Below are positions 52,263-64,000 of a stretch of 64,000 bases of DNA, in pieces. Under the pieces are notes generated by a model. The model saw only the letters and a list, made by a program, of their open reading frames with translations. It did not search any database and was not told the origin of the DNA. Made by a program: the position numbers and the translations under genes. Position 1 is the first letter of the stretch. Every line of letters starts with the position of its first letter. This stretch comes from Cystobasidiomycetes sp. EMM_F5. Its lineage: Eukaryota. The DNA lies in NCBI GenBank assembly GCA_051047955.1, contig JBPGPT010000002.1, positions 186,001-250,000 on the forward strand, given 5' to 3'.

Positions 52263-53271
52263 TCAACGCCACTCGATACGATAGTATCTTAGGATAGTAG
52301 TATCGCTTTCAACGCTTGCTGGATGATCCCGGGTATCTACTATGCACAGGCGTGGTCCGCTTACAGAGCGGTCGCGTGGGCAGAATAGCTGCTCCAGGTA
52401 AAAAATGTCGATGCTATGTGTCGGTCGCAACGCTGCCACAAGATGAAAGCTGCCGGTCCTAACCATGAGTCGCCTCACCGCGTCATGCAGGAGTTGACCA
52501 TGTTCGCGCTCGTAGACAAGGTCTGCGCCGAGTATAATATCATACGAGTCATTGATGTCATCCGACCAGTCAAGGCGCTCGGTGCGACATGTTACACGCG
52601 ATATCAAGTCCAAACAGCCATTGACTGAGAGATTGTATTGCAACCTGCCCAGTGTCGTGAGATCGTAATCCGATAACATAATCTCGGCTCGAGTCGAAGT
52701 TTGCAAGAGAGTCTTTGCTGCAACTATGCCGACCAGCCCAGTCCCACTCCCAAGTTCCAGTATACGCAGCCGCTCCTTGTCGCCGAATATCGTTTTGGGC
52801 GATTCGGCTATCTTCTGCGCAAGAAGGACTGCAGCGGGCCAAGTTCGGAAGCCCGTTGCGTGGACATCATTGCCCATATGCGACTCTTCTATCTTGACAG
52901 AGATCTTGCCTTTCGGACAGTCAAATGTAAATATCCCGTCATGTCGAATAGACGTGTTTACTATTGACAGGCTGATTAGCAACGAACGTTTACCGGCGCT
53001 TGAAGGCGGGCTTACCGTGCGCGACTTCAGCAAGCACAGTCAGTATTCTAGCAGCTTCGTCCACCGTCTGATCATTGTCCGTCATGGTAATCAAACGTTG
53101 TAGCCAGCGCTGAGTGCAGCTTCGTTCGAATGCATCCAAATCAGCCAGTACCGCAGCGTTTCCAACGATATTTCGCAAAGTCTGCAGCGCATCTGCAATG
53201 GATGGGTCTGTCTGTCCTCTGGTTGTGCATGTCTTGCTAAGATTTGGCAGAAATGAGCTAGGCAATTGCAT
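52263..53271 (-). CDS. Seven-beta-strand protein-lysine methyltransferase, family 16 (Efm2/METTL21-like)
   Basis: Motifs TGFRTWPAA..LA, ILELGSGTGLVGI, LSDY, LDW and DIILGADLVYE. One intron, GTAAGC...AATAG. Confidence 0.88.
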
Positions 53272-53312
53272 GGGTTCGCTCAGAAGAGAGCAAGGTTGAC
53301 CTGCAGGCAATC

Positions 53313-54392
53313 ATGATTTGGAGGAAAGCTGTCACCGCACTCGCAGACGGCGCACGCCAATCATGCACACAGTTGCCCGCTCGCCTTGCATTGCACAGAA
53401 CATATGCCGCCTCGTCGTTACCGGCGAGATTGACCGTGTCCGGCTTCAGAAATATCGCTAGTCGGCGAAACGCATCTTCCACTACCGCGACGAGCAGCAC
53501 GACTGGTATGGGTGTCGACAGAAGGCATGTCTCTGTGCAAGCTGACGAAGGCTGGTTTTACTGCCCAGATCCGCGTGAAGTCGAAGTTAACGACTTGCTC
53601 TTGAAAGGCATACAATGTATGGCGGACGGTGATCCGGAAGGAGCGAAGGAAGCATACACTCGCAGCATACAGATAAGAGAAACTCCAGGTTGGTTCGAAC
53701 CTTACACAATGTCGTAACGGAGGACCGTTCTGATTATGCATTGGACATTGTAGCGGCACTGTACAACTTGGCGCTAGCGTGAGACTACGTTATCTTGACA
53801 TCGTCACTCCGCTGATTACTCGAATAGCCTTTACCAGCTTCACGAGCTGCCAGCCAGTATAGAAGCCTTCGAACGATCTCTTGCGCTTCACCCGTCAGCA
53901 GACGCGCACAGTAGGTGAATTATTCCTCCCAAGTGAACTCACAAGCCGATCTCCTTCCCGCCATATCGCTAGCCAATGTTGCTTCTGCATATATACTGTC
54001 GACTCCGCCCAACGCACCGGCCGCGATAGAGCATTTGCAGAAAGCGATAGCGTTGTCTCCGGACGATGGCGAGATACATTTCAATATGGGCGTAATTTTC
54101 GAGGCCAGTAAGTTCTACAGCGAGGCTGCACGAAACCCACACATTCCGGTTGTGCTAACTATCGTATTCCAGGCGAGCGATTGGAAGATGCGCTAAGGGA
54201 GTATACCAGATCACAGGAGCTGGGCATTGAGCGTGCCAGCCAGTGTGTTCGCAATGTGAGTGATGAAGTCCGGCCGTCAAGCGAGTGCAGCAATTGATGG
54301 CCGTATCGATGCGATTGCTTCAGGTTGGCGGAAAGATCTTTCAGAAGAAGCGTCAAGCTATTGCTGATGCTGATACCGAGAAAGCGTCGTAG
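53313..54392 (+). CDS. TPR-repeat protein with mitochondrial-presequence-like N-terminus
   Basis: R/S/A-rich N-terminus. TPR-like segments A.EAYTRSI, ALYNLAL, AIEHLQKAIALSPDDGEIHFNMGVIFEA and GIERA.QC.RNV. Confidence 0.75.
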
Positions 54393-54949
54393 TTGTAACG
54401 CAGACGTCGAGATAGTTCACATTCATCAAGCGGTGTCACAGGAGACGCGAGCCAACGTGCTGTGTTGTGCTCACCCAAACTCTCTGTCTGAAGCATAAGA
54501 TTGTCAACGTTTGCGTATTCCGGGGCATAATCAACGAGCCCTGTAGACAATCTTCCTGTCGTACTGTTCAACAGCTGTGTTGTACGTCTTTGTGTTCTCG
54601 ATGCCCGGGCTGCGATGATCGGCTATCGCGCGACGTTCAGAAGACGTAACGAGGCAAACCAGAGCTGACGCAGTGTTTGAACCAGATCTGAACACGTCCA
54701 ACGATATCTGAAGCTTTGCTTTGCTGTCCTCTGCAGTGTGTACTGCTGCAATTGCCAAAAGCTGGTCCGAAACGTCACAGCCAAGATCTCGCACAATCCC
54801 GAAGTGCTGCGAGAATTTTATTTTCAGTGTCCAGCTTCTGATTATTGCAACGAAGCAATGCTGGAAAGAAGGTTCGCATCATCATCCTCGAGCACTCTGC
54901 GGTAGTCGAAAGATCAACATCAACATACCACCACTTTACACGTTCCGCC

Positions 54950-56450
54950 ATGTGGCTGGATCCGAAGATGCTAGGCACAGCAGCCGTTGCAGCGGCGTTC
55001 GCGATGGCTCTACAAGCGCAAGCTGCTTGGATTCCTCGACAGCAAATACCGAGAAGCAGTAGTCCTATAAGAAGACAGTCTGCCAACGATTCAAACCTCT
55101 CGGAAAGCCTGATAATCCTCATCGAGCGACGGCTTGCAGAAACAGCCACAGGCAGGTTCGTCGGAATTTCGCTTCAAAATGCTGTCTCGATCTGACACAC
55201 CGTGCGACCTTCGTTTACATGCTGCAGCTGGGAGAATGGTGGGTAGACCAACCACCCCGAGGGGCAGCAAGATTCCGAGTCTGATTTTCTGACATCATAG
55301 GCACTCGAGCGCAAGCCCTGCTCGAATACCACTGGCCGCAGCTGAGCGTCTTCAGCAATAGAGCTATACCCATCATACCATCTTTGGGCATACCCACGTC
55401 CAGCAACGAGATAGCAGCTTTGACTGTCGCCAAAAAACCCAACTCGACTATGATGTTTTGCGTCGACCAATCTGCAGCAGATCCAGCCAGTCTTGGAGTC
55501 TCAATCATCCTTGCGAATGCCACTCAGTCAAGCGTGGATTATATGGCGGACGTGCGGGAAGAGAACGAATACCTATACTTCCACGCTCCTCGAACGGCAG
55601 ACGGCGCGCTCTCGCACCGTGTTGCGGAACTGCAACTATGGTCAGATTTTATGGCTATGTGCGTTACCAGGCTTTGCATATTGGTTTAGATCTTGCTCAT
55701 TCTATCATTCAGGGTCCCGCCATACCTCGCATATTATGGTGCTGTAGCAAACGATAGCTCATTCATCGAACAAGCATGTGGGCGGGAGTGTTACAGATGC
55801 CTAAATCCGCGGCTAATTCATAATGCTTCCAGACTTCCAGTTGAATTTGTACAGGAACTATCTGGTCGTCGATAATTCCACCGGCCTTTTACGGCACATC
55901 ATGTTTGGGTCGCCAGCAGTCCAGGATCTGGACCTGTGGACTACTGGGAACGCTTGGGCAGCGTGGGGCATGGCACGTGTGCTGGCGACGATGTTGCACA
56001 GCGGTATTGCTTGGGACTACAGAATGGAGAACTTGCGGAATTGGAGCGTACAAATACTTCGCAACAGTTTTACCGAGCTGAATGTACGTTGAATACGTGT
56101 TTTCTGATCCGGATCCCAATCTGACAACTCTGCAGACCACGACCGGCTTACTGCCAAATTATTTGCAAAGCAACGATACGAGTGTAGCGTTTCCAGACGC
56201 AGCTTCGACAGCTCTGCTGGCAGCCGTGTCGTATCGACTAGCGCAAATGAAGCTCGACAACTCGACCCTTACACAAGCCGATTCGGCTAGAAGAGCTGTA
56301 TTTGCAGCTGTGAATACAACGACCGGTTGGCTCTCGCCAGTAGTAGACCCGTACGACTGGAGCAAACGCAGTACAAGGAGTCCCGAAGGACAGTCTTTTG
56401 TAGTCATCTTGGCAGCATCCTATCGCGATTACCTCAACACACCTAGGTAA
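54950..56450 (+). CDS. Secreted glycoside hydrolase family 105/88 (unsaturated uronyl hydrolase-like)
   Basis: Signal peptide. Motifs SWENGTRAQALLE, DPASLG, APRT.DGALSHR...QLWSDFMAMVPPYLAYYG, WTTGNAWAAWGM.RVLAT, DAASTALLAA and SPEGQSF. Confidence 0.85.
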
Positions 56451-56619
56451 CGGAACGCTTTTCTTTTACGATTTTCACGACCATATGTGACAGCATATTC
56501 ACGATTGCATGCGTCATAGGATGTATCATATTCATCATAGCATCGCAGCTTACTGTCGTTGTAGTCATATCTCATTATTACGCTCGTTAGTCAATAATTT
56601 ACAACAGCAGTAGTCACCA

Positions 56620-57325
56620 TCATAATTTGGACCCTGCTGCCTTGATTCGCTCGAGTCCAGAACGAACTCTCCAAGGGAGCTCGGTTGGTCGCCGGGATTT
56701 AGGATCCACAAATACATGAACCATTTCTCCGTACGCCGCAGCGGTTGCGGTCGTAAGGCGGGTTGATTTAGTGAACGCCCCAGCTACTGTATTTAGTGGG
56801 AGATGGTCACTCTCAACCTCCTCTGCTGAAAACAAGGAAATAGCATAGCGGACACTGCTGCGGCCAATGCTAATCAAGATGGAATGGGGTCTGTAAATGA
56901 ACGCGCTTGAGATGTGGCGATGTATTACGCACCTGATTATAGCGAGGCCAGCGATGACGGGAGCTGGGAACGACAATGGGGCTATGTACTTGAAGGTTGA
57001 CGAAACTATCAGGCCAATAGACGTGGTGCCAGAAGTTGCCTCCAGCCCGCAGTGGTGCGTCAAGTATTCGTTTATGATAGAGTCGGCGTACTGTACGTAG
57101 ACGGCGTTGTTCAAGTGACCGCTGAAGCTTGAGACATAAGTTACGTGGAGACTTTCAGGCCTGCTTGCCTTACTAGTGATCATTATCGCGTAAAGTTGTC
57201 TTGTAGGCAATTGAAAGTCAGTGGAGACAGAGAGGAGTAATGGCGTGTGGTCGCACCTGGAAGGGTAGGAAATACTGATAATACTCGGAGTAGGCTTGCT
57301 TGGGCTTGCCGTTCGTACCGGACAT
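56620..57325 (-). CDS. Hotdog-fold acyl-CoA thioesterase (4HBT-like), peroxisomal
   Basis: Spliced start MSGTNGKPKQAYSEYYQYFLPFQTTLRDNDHYGHLNNAVY. Also GLIVSS...Y.APLSFP, GRSSVRY and HVFVD. Ends in the PTS1 tripeptide SKL*. Confidence 0.85.
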
Positions 57326-57947
57326 CGATTGCTACCAAGACGCCGGAGATTAACTGCAACACTTGTAGCAGCAAAAAGCCGTTTCACACTCCCACGGATG
57401 GGCGTTTGGGGTGAACTGATAGCTGGGATGATGTTTCAGTGCGTCATGCGATTGTATCATCAAGAGAAAGACAGCATGGAGTTAATGAAACCGAAAGCCT
57501 CATGGTCGGAGTGCGATATGCTTAGAGCGCTCGAGCCTCGATGGCATTAAACGGCTCAACATAAGACTGGGTCTGCTCTGAAGTGGTCGAGCGGAAGGCT
57601 TTCAAACGTAGACTTGCTGCTGGGCCTTTACGCGATACTGAAGCTGGTCAAATTTGCCACTTTGAACACGTCGAAGCTATTCTGCAACAACGCTCGAATT
57701 TAGAGCATCAAGCTGATTCAAGCGATACGGGTCTCGAGTCTCGCATCTTGCCATAGCCCGTGTTACGGTTGCAGATTATAGTCCGAAAGGACATGATTTT
57801 GTGGTTCCATCGGCACAGCTCGCCAGCCGCCGACAGCCGCCAACGCCGGTCTTTCTCGGCTGCCTCATTCTCGCACTTCCTGGGACTTGCTTCACTGCCT
57901 GCGCTGCATCAACACTACATACAATACTCCTTACAAACCCACACATT

Positions 57948-59273
57948 ATGACTGCTGCCAACGGTACGAATGGCATTCATCGTCGGGCTTTCAACAATGG
58001 CGTGTAAGACGAGAATCAACATCCGCCCCGCCTTTAGTGGTCGGACAATGAACACCATTGTACTGACAATCCTGTAACTCGCAGATACTGCCCTCTTGTC
58101 CTCCCATTCACACAAAACGAAGAAGTCGACTATGATGCCCTGAAGAGACAGGTCGTTCGTCTCGCCAAGGCTGGCATGGGTATCGTTATACACGGGACGA
58201 ACGGAGAAGGTGAGCATCGTTCCTTGCAGCTGACGGTGACCTTGCTGATTTATGGTGTGATTCTACAGCAATCCATCTTTCGGATGCCGAACGAATTCAG
58301 TCTATCAAGGTGGCTAGAGAGGCATTGGACGGCGCTGGCTTTAAGGATATGCCAATCCTGGCTGGAACTGGTACCGGATCTGCCAAGGAGACCATCAGGA
58401 TCACAAAGGAAGCCGCTGAGGCTGGAGCAGACTATTCCATCGTCATCTTCCCAGGCTACTTTGCCTTCGCAATGGGCAGAAACAAGGCTGCCCTCCGGGA
58501 ATACTTTGTCAAAGTCCTTGACGCCTCGCCCATACCTGTCATGATTTACAACTTCCCGTGAGTAGAGATTTTTCTTACTGCTGCTCGTCGATCCACGAGT
58601 TTTGATCATCCCCACGTATATGAACAGTGGTGCTGCTGCTGGAGTCGACCTTGATTCTGATTTCCTCATCGAAATGAGTGAACACCCCAACTGCTTCGGC
58701 GTCAAGCTCACCTGCGCTGGTATCGGTAAAGGTCTCCGTATCGCACAACACACTCAGACAAAGGAGTACCTGTCTCGACACGGGCCCTTCCAAGTCCTGC
58801 CCGGCTTTTCTGATTATCTGTTACCTGCGCTGGTGACTGGCCAGACCGGATGGTGAGTGCTGCGTGCGAACGATGACGGATCAGGCCTGAATCAGTCACC
58901 ATTTGCAGCATTACCGGAACTGGTAACGTCGTGCCGAAGACCATCGTCAAGCTCTACAACACCGCAGTCAAGGCGATTGAGACGGGCGATGTCAAGCTCA
59001 TGAAGGAAGCACAGCGTTTACAAGGGATCGGTGAGCATTTGTTCGTACACAACCAATGTGTCGTGATACTAATGCTGCCGCTCTGCAGTATCACGAGGCG
59101 ACTGGTGCATTGTCAAGGCCGGGATTGGAGGTACGAAGTACGCTTTGGACGCGTACGTCGAGAAGGGCCTGGGCGGCTACACTCGCTCACCCATTCCAGC
59201 TGCCGACGATGCATGCAGGAAGATGTGTGACAAGGAAATGCAAGAGATTATGGAAGTCGAGAACTCCTTGTAG
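57948..59273 (+). CDS. DHDPS-family aldolase, 2-keto-3-deoxy-L-galactonate aldolase (GaaC/LGA1)-like
   Basis: Motifs GTNGEAIHL, P.LAGTG..SAKETI, ASPIPVMIYNFP, G.DLDSD, Schiff-base Lys in HPNCFGVKLTC, and ITGTGNV.PK. Confidence 0.85.
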
Positions 59274-59682
59274 GGACATCTAAAACGTGTGCCTATCCAT
59301 ATCTCGTCTATCTATTTCTCGCAGCTTGCATGTACAGCCTGTTTGTATGCATACTTGAGGAGGAGTTGTAAGGAATAGGCAGTAGTCAACACTGAAATGA
59401 CTCTTCGGGGGCGCAGAGCAGCTTCAATTGCTGCCCGCCTAGCTACATGTTCGTGCAGCGCTCCATGTGCCATTATAAATCGAAAGGGTGCTTAGCGGTA
59501 GGGCGTATCGCAACGATAGTGATCTTCATGTCATGTATGGCTTTTGTCTTACTTGCACGTGTTCTTGAACCAATCGCAGTCGTCTGTGACTTTATGATTC
59601 GCTTTGTGTGGCCTGAGTGTATCGGATGATTACGAGATCCCCCTGGCAATATCACAGCTATACCTCAGCGGTTTGCGTTCCA

Positions 59683-60453
59683 TCAACCACCTGAGTTTTC
59701 GATTCCCTCAGAGTTCTCATCGCTCGCCTCTTGTTCTTGCTCATCCTCCATGGTTTGATCTGGTTGATTGTCTTGTCCCGCTTGACCCTGACCATCTGCT
59801 TCACCATCTGTCCCGGTAGCAGCAGCTGCCGCTGCCGCAGCATGAGCAGCAGCTGCCGCTGTTGTTGTAATCGGTACGTTAGGTAGGCATATTATTAGTA
59901 TGGCATGAGCAAAGGATTTGGGTAACGCGGCCGAACCTTCGGCTTCTAAGCCAGCAAAGTAATTGAGATCAGGTTCTTCCCCTTCCCAGGGTAGTAGATC
60001 CTCCAGTGCGAGATCTGTCCATGTATGCATATGTCGCGTGTGCGGGTTTCCTTTCAGGCCCTTCTTGGTAGACCGTGCGGCTGGACGAAGGGGAAGCAGA
60101 GAAAGGGTGTAAGGGTTCCCATACGGATAACTTGGATGGGAAGCGGATGGTAAGATGCCTGCCAAACGCAAAATTGTACGATGTCATGGTGATTGCGTCA
60201 AGCCTGATGGACTGTCGCACGGGTACAAGCGCCTCACTCTCTTCTTCCTCTTCCTGTAAGGGCGGAACAAGGCCTGCTGGGACAGTGATATCTACTCCAT
60301 GCCGTCAGTCAATCAGGAAATTCGCCCCGTCGTCAATGCACGCGTACCCTCTTCTGGCAGCGGTTCGTTCAACATGTCTGCATCCTCGTCATCGTCGAGC
60401 AGTCGCAGCTCGGCGTCAGTCATGTGCAGGTAGGTAAAGTGATTGTCGCTCAT
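59683..60453 (-). CDS. APC13: Anaphase-promoting complex subunit Apc13 with extended acidic/poly-Ala tail
   Basis: Three exons give MSDNHFTYLHMTD...EPLPEEDITVP..LVPP...HTWTDLALEDLL. This matches the Apc13 pattern Y.HM, LP.ED(V/I).VP and WTDLAL. Confidence 0.72.
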
Positions 60454-60860
60454 TTTGATTACTGGAGTGCGTAGTAATGCGCAGCTTACGCTGAGTTACT
60501 GATTTGGCAAGCTGGAGTCGCGTAAACAACTTGGGAGTCGAGACTGCGAGGTATAGTGCAAATCTCGTGAAATGGCTTCAAAGCCAACGGCACATAAGTC
60601 AGCTGGAGAGACATGACCAACTCAGTCGACTGATTATTGTTTACTGTGATACAGCTTTTGCATCGACAATGCACAGCTCGAAGCCTGATCAGGTCCGGCC
60701 TTTGACCTGAGAGCTCGCCGGAAGCGGACTTGAGTATTGACTGACTGGTGGAGGCAATGCAGCAATCCTGAGTTAGGTGATGGTACGTCAATCATGCGCT
60801 GGGCTCCAGGTTGGTCCTCCTCGTACATCAACCCGTATCAAATCATAACCTGTTCCCGCG

Positions 60861-62188
60861 ATGGCTCGTGACCTGACTTCAGCCGACAAGACTTCAGCAA
60901 TAAGAATCAGGCTACTTCCTCGCAACCTGTCGTGCCGAGTGATTGCGGGAGAGGTTCTCGTCGATGTCGGTGGGTTATGAACGAGGATCGCATGTCAACG
61001 ACACTGACGGGGAGGCCACGGTTGACAGCCGCAGCGGAGTCTGATGGCATCGACTCAATACTGCTGAAATGTCGCGGCAAATCTAAAGCGTGAGCCTCGT
61101 TTAATTATCGATGCGTACCGTGGCTCGTCTAATCGCATTGCGCAGCTCTGTTCGCACAGTCGAGATCTCATACGGTGGCCTCAAGAACATACACTCAAGT
61201 GCATATCTCCAAGTTTACGAGGACAACCGCACTTTATACAAAGACGACGTTGAAGTGTGGAACAAGGCTTCGCAGCCGCCGCCGGCTTATTCTGGAGGGA
61301 CTATCAGCATTCCCTTTGAATTCGATTTGCCTGAGAAGACACTGCCCACAATCGAGCGCATCAAGGGTCAACTGGTCACCGGCGAAGTTTACTACTACAT
61401 CAAGGCGATAGCAAAGCGACATGGTCTTCTGAAACCACATCGGCGCGTGAAGCAACCCTTCATCATCTTGGACTGCGAACCAGTCGGACACGATTTAGTC
61501 TCAAATTTACCTAATTGGCAAGGCCCCTGGCAATTAGCCACGCAAAGTCAGAAAATCCGACAGGGCGGCATCGTCGGTCATCACGGTGCCATTCAAGCAG
61601 AAGTTAATACCTTCATCTTGTTCGACTAGCATTTTCTGACATATACGACCTTTTGCGCTTTTACAGATTCTCATCCCCAAGGTTGATGGTCTTCCCCTTT
61701 ACACGCCCGTATCAATACAAATAAACATTATCACGCTGTCTCGTTCAATGCCATTCTCCGCAAAGCCACCTCAAGCACTATTTCCGGAGTTACCGAAGAG
61801 TCCGCTTGACATCAAGCTAACAAAGCACGTCCGCTTCTTCGTTCAAGCCAGAGGGCACGCAGATCAGACGTTGGAGGAAGTAGGCCTCATCGCTGGCTTC
61901 AAGGACTGGCCCATCAGAAAAATGAAAGGTCAAGACAAAGCTTGCGGCGCTAGTGATATCGAATGGAAAGTCCTTGATCCAATATGGATTTCCGATTCCA
62001 GCGACGGCAAGAGCAGCAACGGCCAATGGAAACAAGAAGTGCAATGCAAAACAAAAGTCGTCTTCAATGGCTTACCGTCGGTCGATTGCTACAACTTCAG
62101 CGCCCAGCATTATCTCAAACTGGAGGTCCCCACGCCTGGCTTGACTTTCAAGCTCTGTGCACCATACAAACTAGTCTCAGGAATGTAG
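60861..62188 (+). CDS. Arrestin-like (alpha-arrestin) protein
   Basis: Motifs IAGEVLVD, IPFEFDLP..TLPT and GEVYYYIKAIAKRHG, plus a PPAY motif and a beta-rich C-domain. Confidence 0.7.
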
Positions 62189-62448
62189 TTGTCACACCCT
62201 GGCCGTCTCTTTAGTAATCTGTAGCCTTACTGACGTTTTCAATTTGTTACAAAGTAATCACTGTTGTTGTAGTTAGCCCAGCATCAGAGACAGTCCGTCT
62301 CCGCGTACTAGGCCTCACACAGCTGTGTCCAGCCGTGTCCTCTACGTTATATATTCACACTTGCTTGATCCCGTTTCGTGCCTGAGGGGGTCCACCCTCA
62401 GCTCTGCCTTGACTCACGCGAACCACACTTCAGCTTGAAAATCGCAAA

Positions 62449-64000
62449 ATGAGCGCCGCACCTGGTCGCAGACTCTACATCGGACGGCTCCATCCTGATG
62501 CCAACCGCCTGGATGTCGTAAGTCCTGCATTTTCGCCGTTTGTTGCAAGTGCGGCGGGCGGGCAATCGCTGACGGGAACCGCCTACAACTCACGCAATCC
62601 GTCTGGTGACAACGCGAACTTTGTCAATAATGGATACGATGCATAGGAGGACTTGTTCAACTCGGTCGCAAAGACTGTAGAGGTCAAGATCTTCAGCGGT
62701 TTTGGCTTCATCGAGTACGACAGCATCGATGTGGGTGTGGCTTAGTTTACTCTGAGTCTCCGGTGGAACTGACGTGTACAACACCTTGCTACAATGCATT
62801 CATGTCCGTTATGATCTGCTGCCTGCGTCGTACTCTGCTTGTCATACTGCCTTTCAGGATGCCGAGGATGCCATCAAAAAGCTAGACGGTACAGACTTTA
62901 TGGGAGATCGGTATGTAGGGAGTCTTGTACGCACCAACCACCAACTAACAAATCGGCCTTAGCATTATCGTTCAGTTCGCCAAAAGCGCTGGTCGAGACC
63001 GCGAGCGTCGCGACGCTCCTCGTTACGATCGAGGCGACCGTGGCAGTGGCGGACGCCCAGAGCAAGGCTGGCGTTTGGTCATGTCCAATCTCCCTCCTGG
63101 ATGCAGCTGGCAGGTACGGTGAAATTCTCTTTGGCATCTCTCAAGCTCCTCCTGTGGCTCTTGCCGTTGCCCTGTGGCTTTCTTTCCTCGTGGTTTGGCC
63201 GTGGCTGGCGTACTTGTCGCACTGTGTCTGAGGCCTACACCGCGTCTCTAAGGGCTTCACTGCCATATGGATGCTGAGCAGACAACGGGTCCTCCGGCAC
63301 TTATGTTCGGAAACGTTTCCTACCGTGGCGTGGCTTTGACAAGCTTGGTTTGGTCGATGGCGGCTGCACTGGATTGTACCCTCTTCCGTCCTTTTCCCTT
63401 ATCTTTGTGGTCCTCTTCGGAGTGGAGCTCGAAACGGATGGATATGGAACAAGACTAATTGGCTCTTCTCTCCCTCTTTACCTGGTCTGTCGATGGCTTG
63501 TCCACGCTGGCTTCTGGTCCCCGTGACTCCGATTAAACAGGATCTCAAGGACTTCGCGCGCACTGCAGGCAATGTCCATTATTCTGAAGTCTCTCGCTCG
63601 GACCCCTCTGAAGGGTGGGTCATACTCTCAGCCAATCGGCTCGACTCTGCTAACATGTTTGGATTTCTCTAGTCTGGTCGAGTACATGTCTCACTCTGAT
63701 GCAGAGGAAGCAATCAAGAAGCTAGACGGAGTCGACATGCGCGGCAGCATTGTCCGGGTCGCTGAAGGACAGGCTCCGCCCGGTCAAACCTGGTCCAACC
63801 CTGTAGGCTCAATGCATACCTTCGTTGATGTGCTCAGGAACTGAACGATGTAACGCAAACCTCCAGCGCCCTTCTCCTCCACGCGCAGCCCGTGACGATC
63901 GTGACAGAGGCTACTCCAGACGGGACCGAAGCCGCTCGCCCGGCTACAGGCGTGACGATCGTGACCGTGACCGCGGAGGAGATCGCGACCGTTATAATGA
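62449..64000 (+). CDS. Two-RRM SR splicing factor (Srp2/SRSF4-5-6-like), partial
   Basis: RRM1 RLYIGRL...FGFIEY...DAEDAI, pseudo-RRM2 with SWQDLKD, and an RS/RD-rich tail running off the window. Confidence 0.92.

Noticed and set aside
52990..53033. Overlapping out-of-frame ORFs in the methyltransferase suggesting a programmed frameshift
   Set aside because: Explained by a GTAAGC...CTAAT...AATAG intron that restores the frame.
54353..54794. Short minus-strand ORFs between the TPR and GH105 genes
   Set aside because: No coherent splice model or recognisable motif, so they cannot be supported as a gene.
57826..57846. CCGCCAA galacturonate-response-like element upstream of the aldolase
   Set aside because: It is a single short match inside a simple CAGCCGCC repeat, and the GaaR system is described from ascomycetes.

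Overview
A gene-dense, intron-rich eukaryotic window, most consistent with a basidiomycete fungus: mostly 50-65 nt GT-AG introns with CTRAY-like branch points and very short intergenic gaps. The ORF track is fragmented by introns, so gene models were stitched by hand from splice signals and protein motifs; coordinates are start-to-stop spans including introns. About 29 protein genes and one tRNA-Phe(GAA) are supported. In order: PRO2 (partial), a hypothetical protein, SVF1, a Mug190/tricalbin-like SMP-C2 protein, a CLC transporter, a GPI-type Ser/Ala-rich protein, a Far9/Far10(SLMAP)-like FHA protein, an MFS-aldehyde dehydrogenase-ThDP enzyme trio, a C2H2 protein, ZDS1, CRM1, a GH5 glucanase, a small membrane protein, a NIPA transporter, MMS19, UBC7, a Shewanella-like phosphatase, TFB5, a PAC1-like protein, a family-16 methyltransferase, a TPR protein, GH105, a peroxisomal thioesterase, a DHDPS-like aldolase, APC13, an arrestin and an SR splicing factor (partial). 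Best candidates for undescribed biology: (i) a compact putative aromatic 2-oxo-acid catabolic cluster (20.6-28.3 kb) with shared CGG-type promoter motifs; (ii) a 427-nt putative poison intron in the SR gene; (iii) 4-11 nt microexons and a GC-AG intron; (iv) a ~360-bp pseudogenised DNA-level copy of part of the Mug190 gene next to a tRNA; (v) a stop-less intron that could change the tail anchor of the SLMAP homologue. No CRISPR array, rRNA or recognisable transposase was seen. All family assignments come from recognising motifs, not from database searches.
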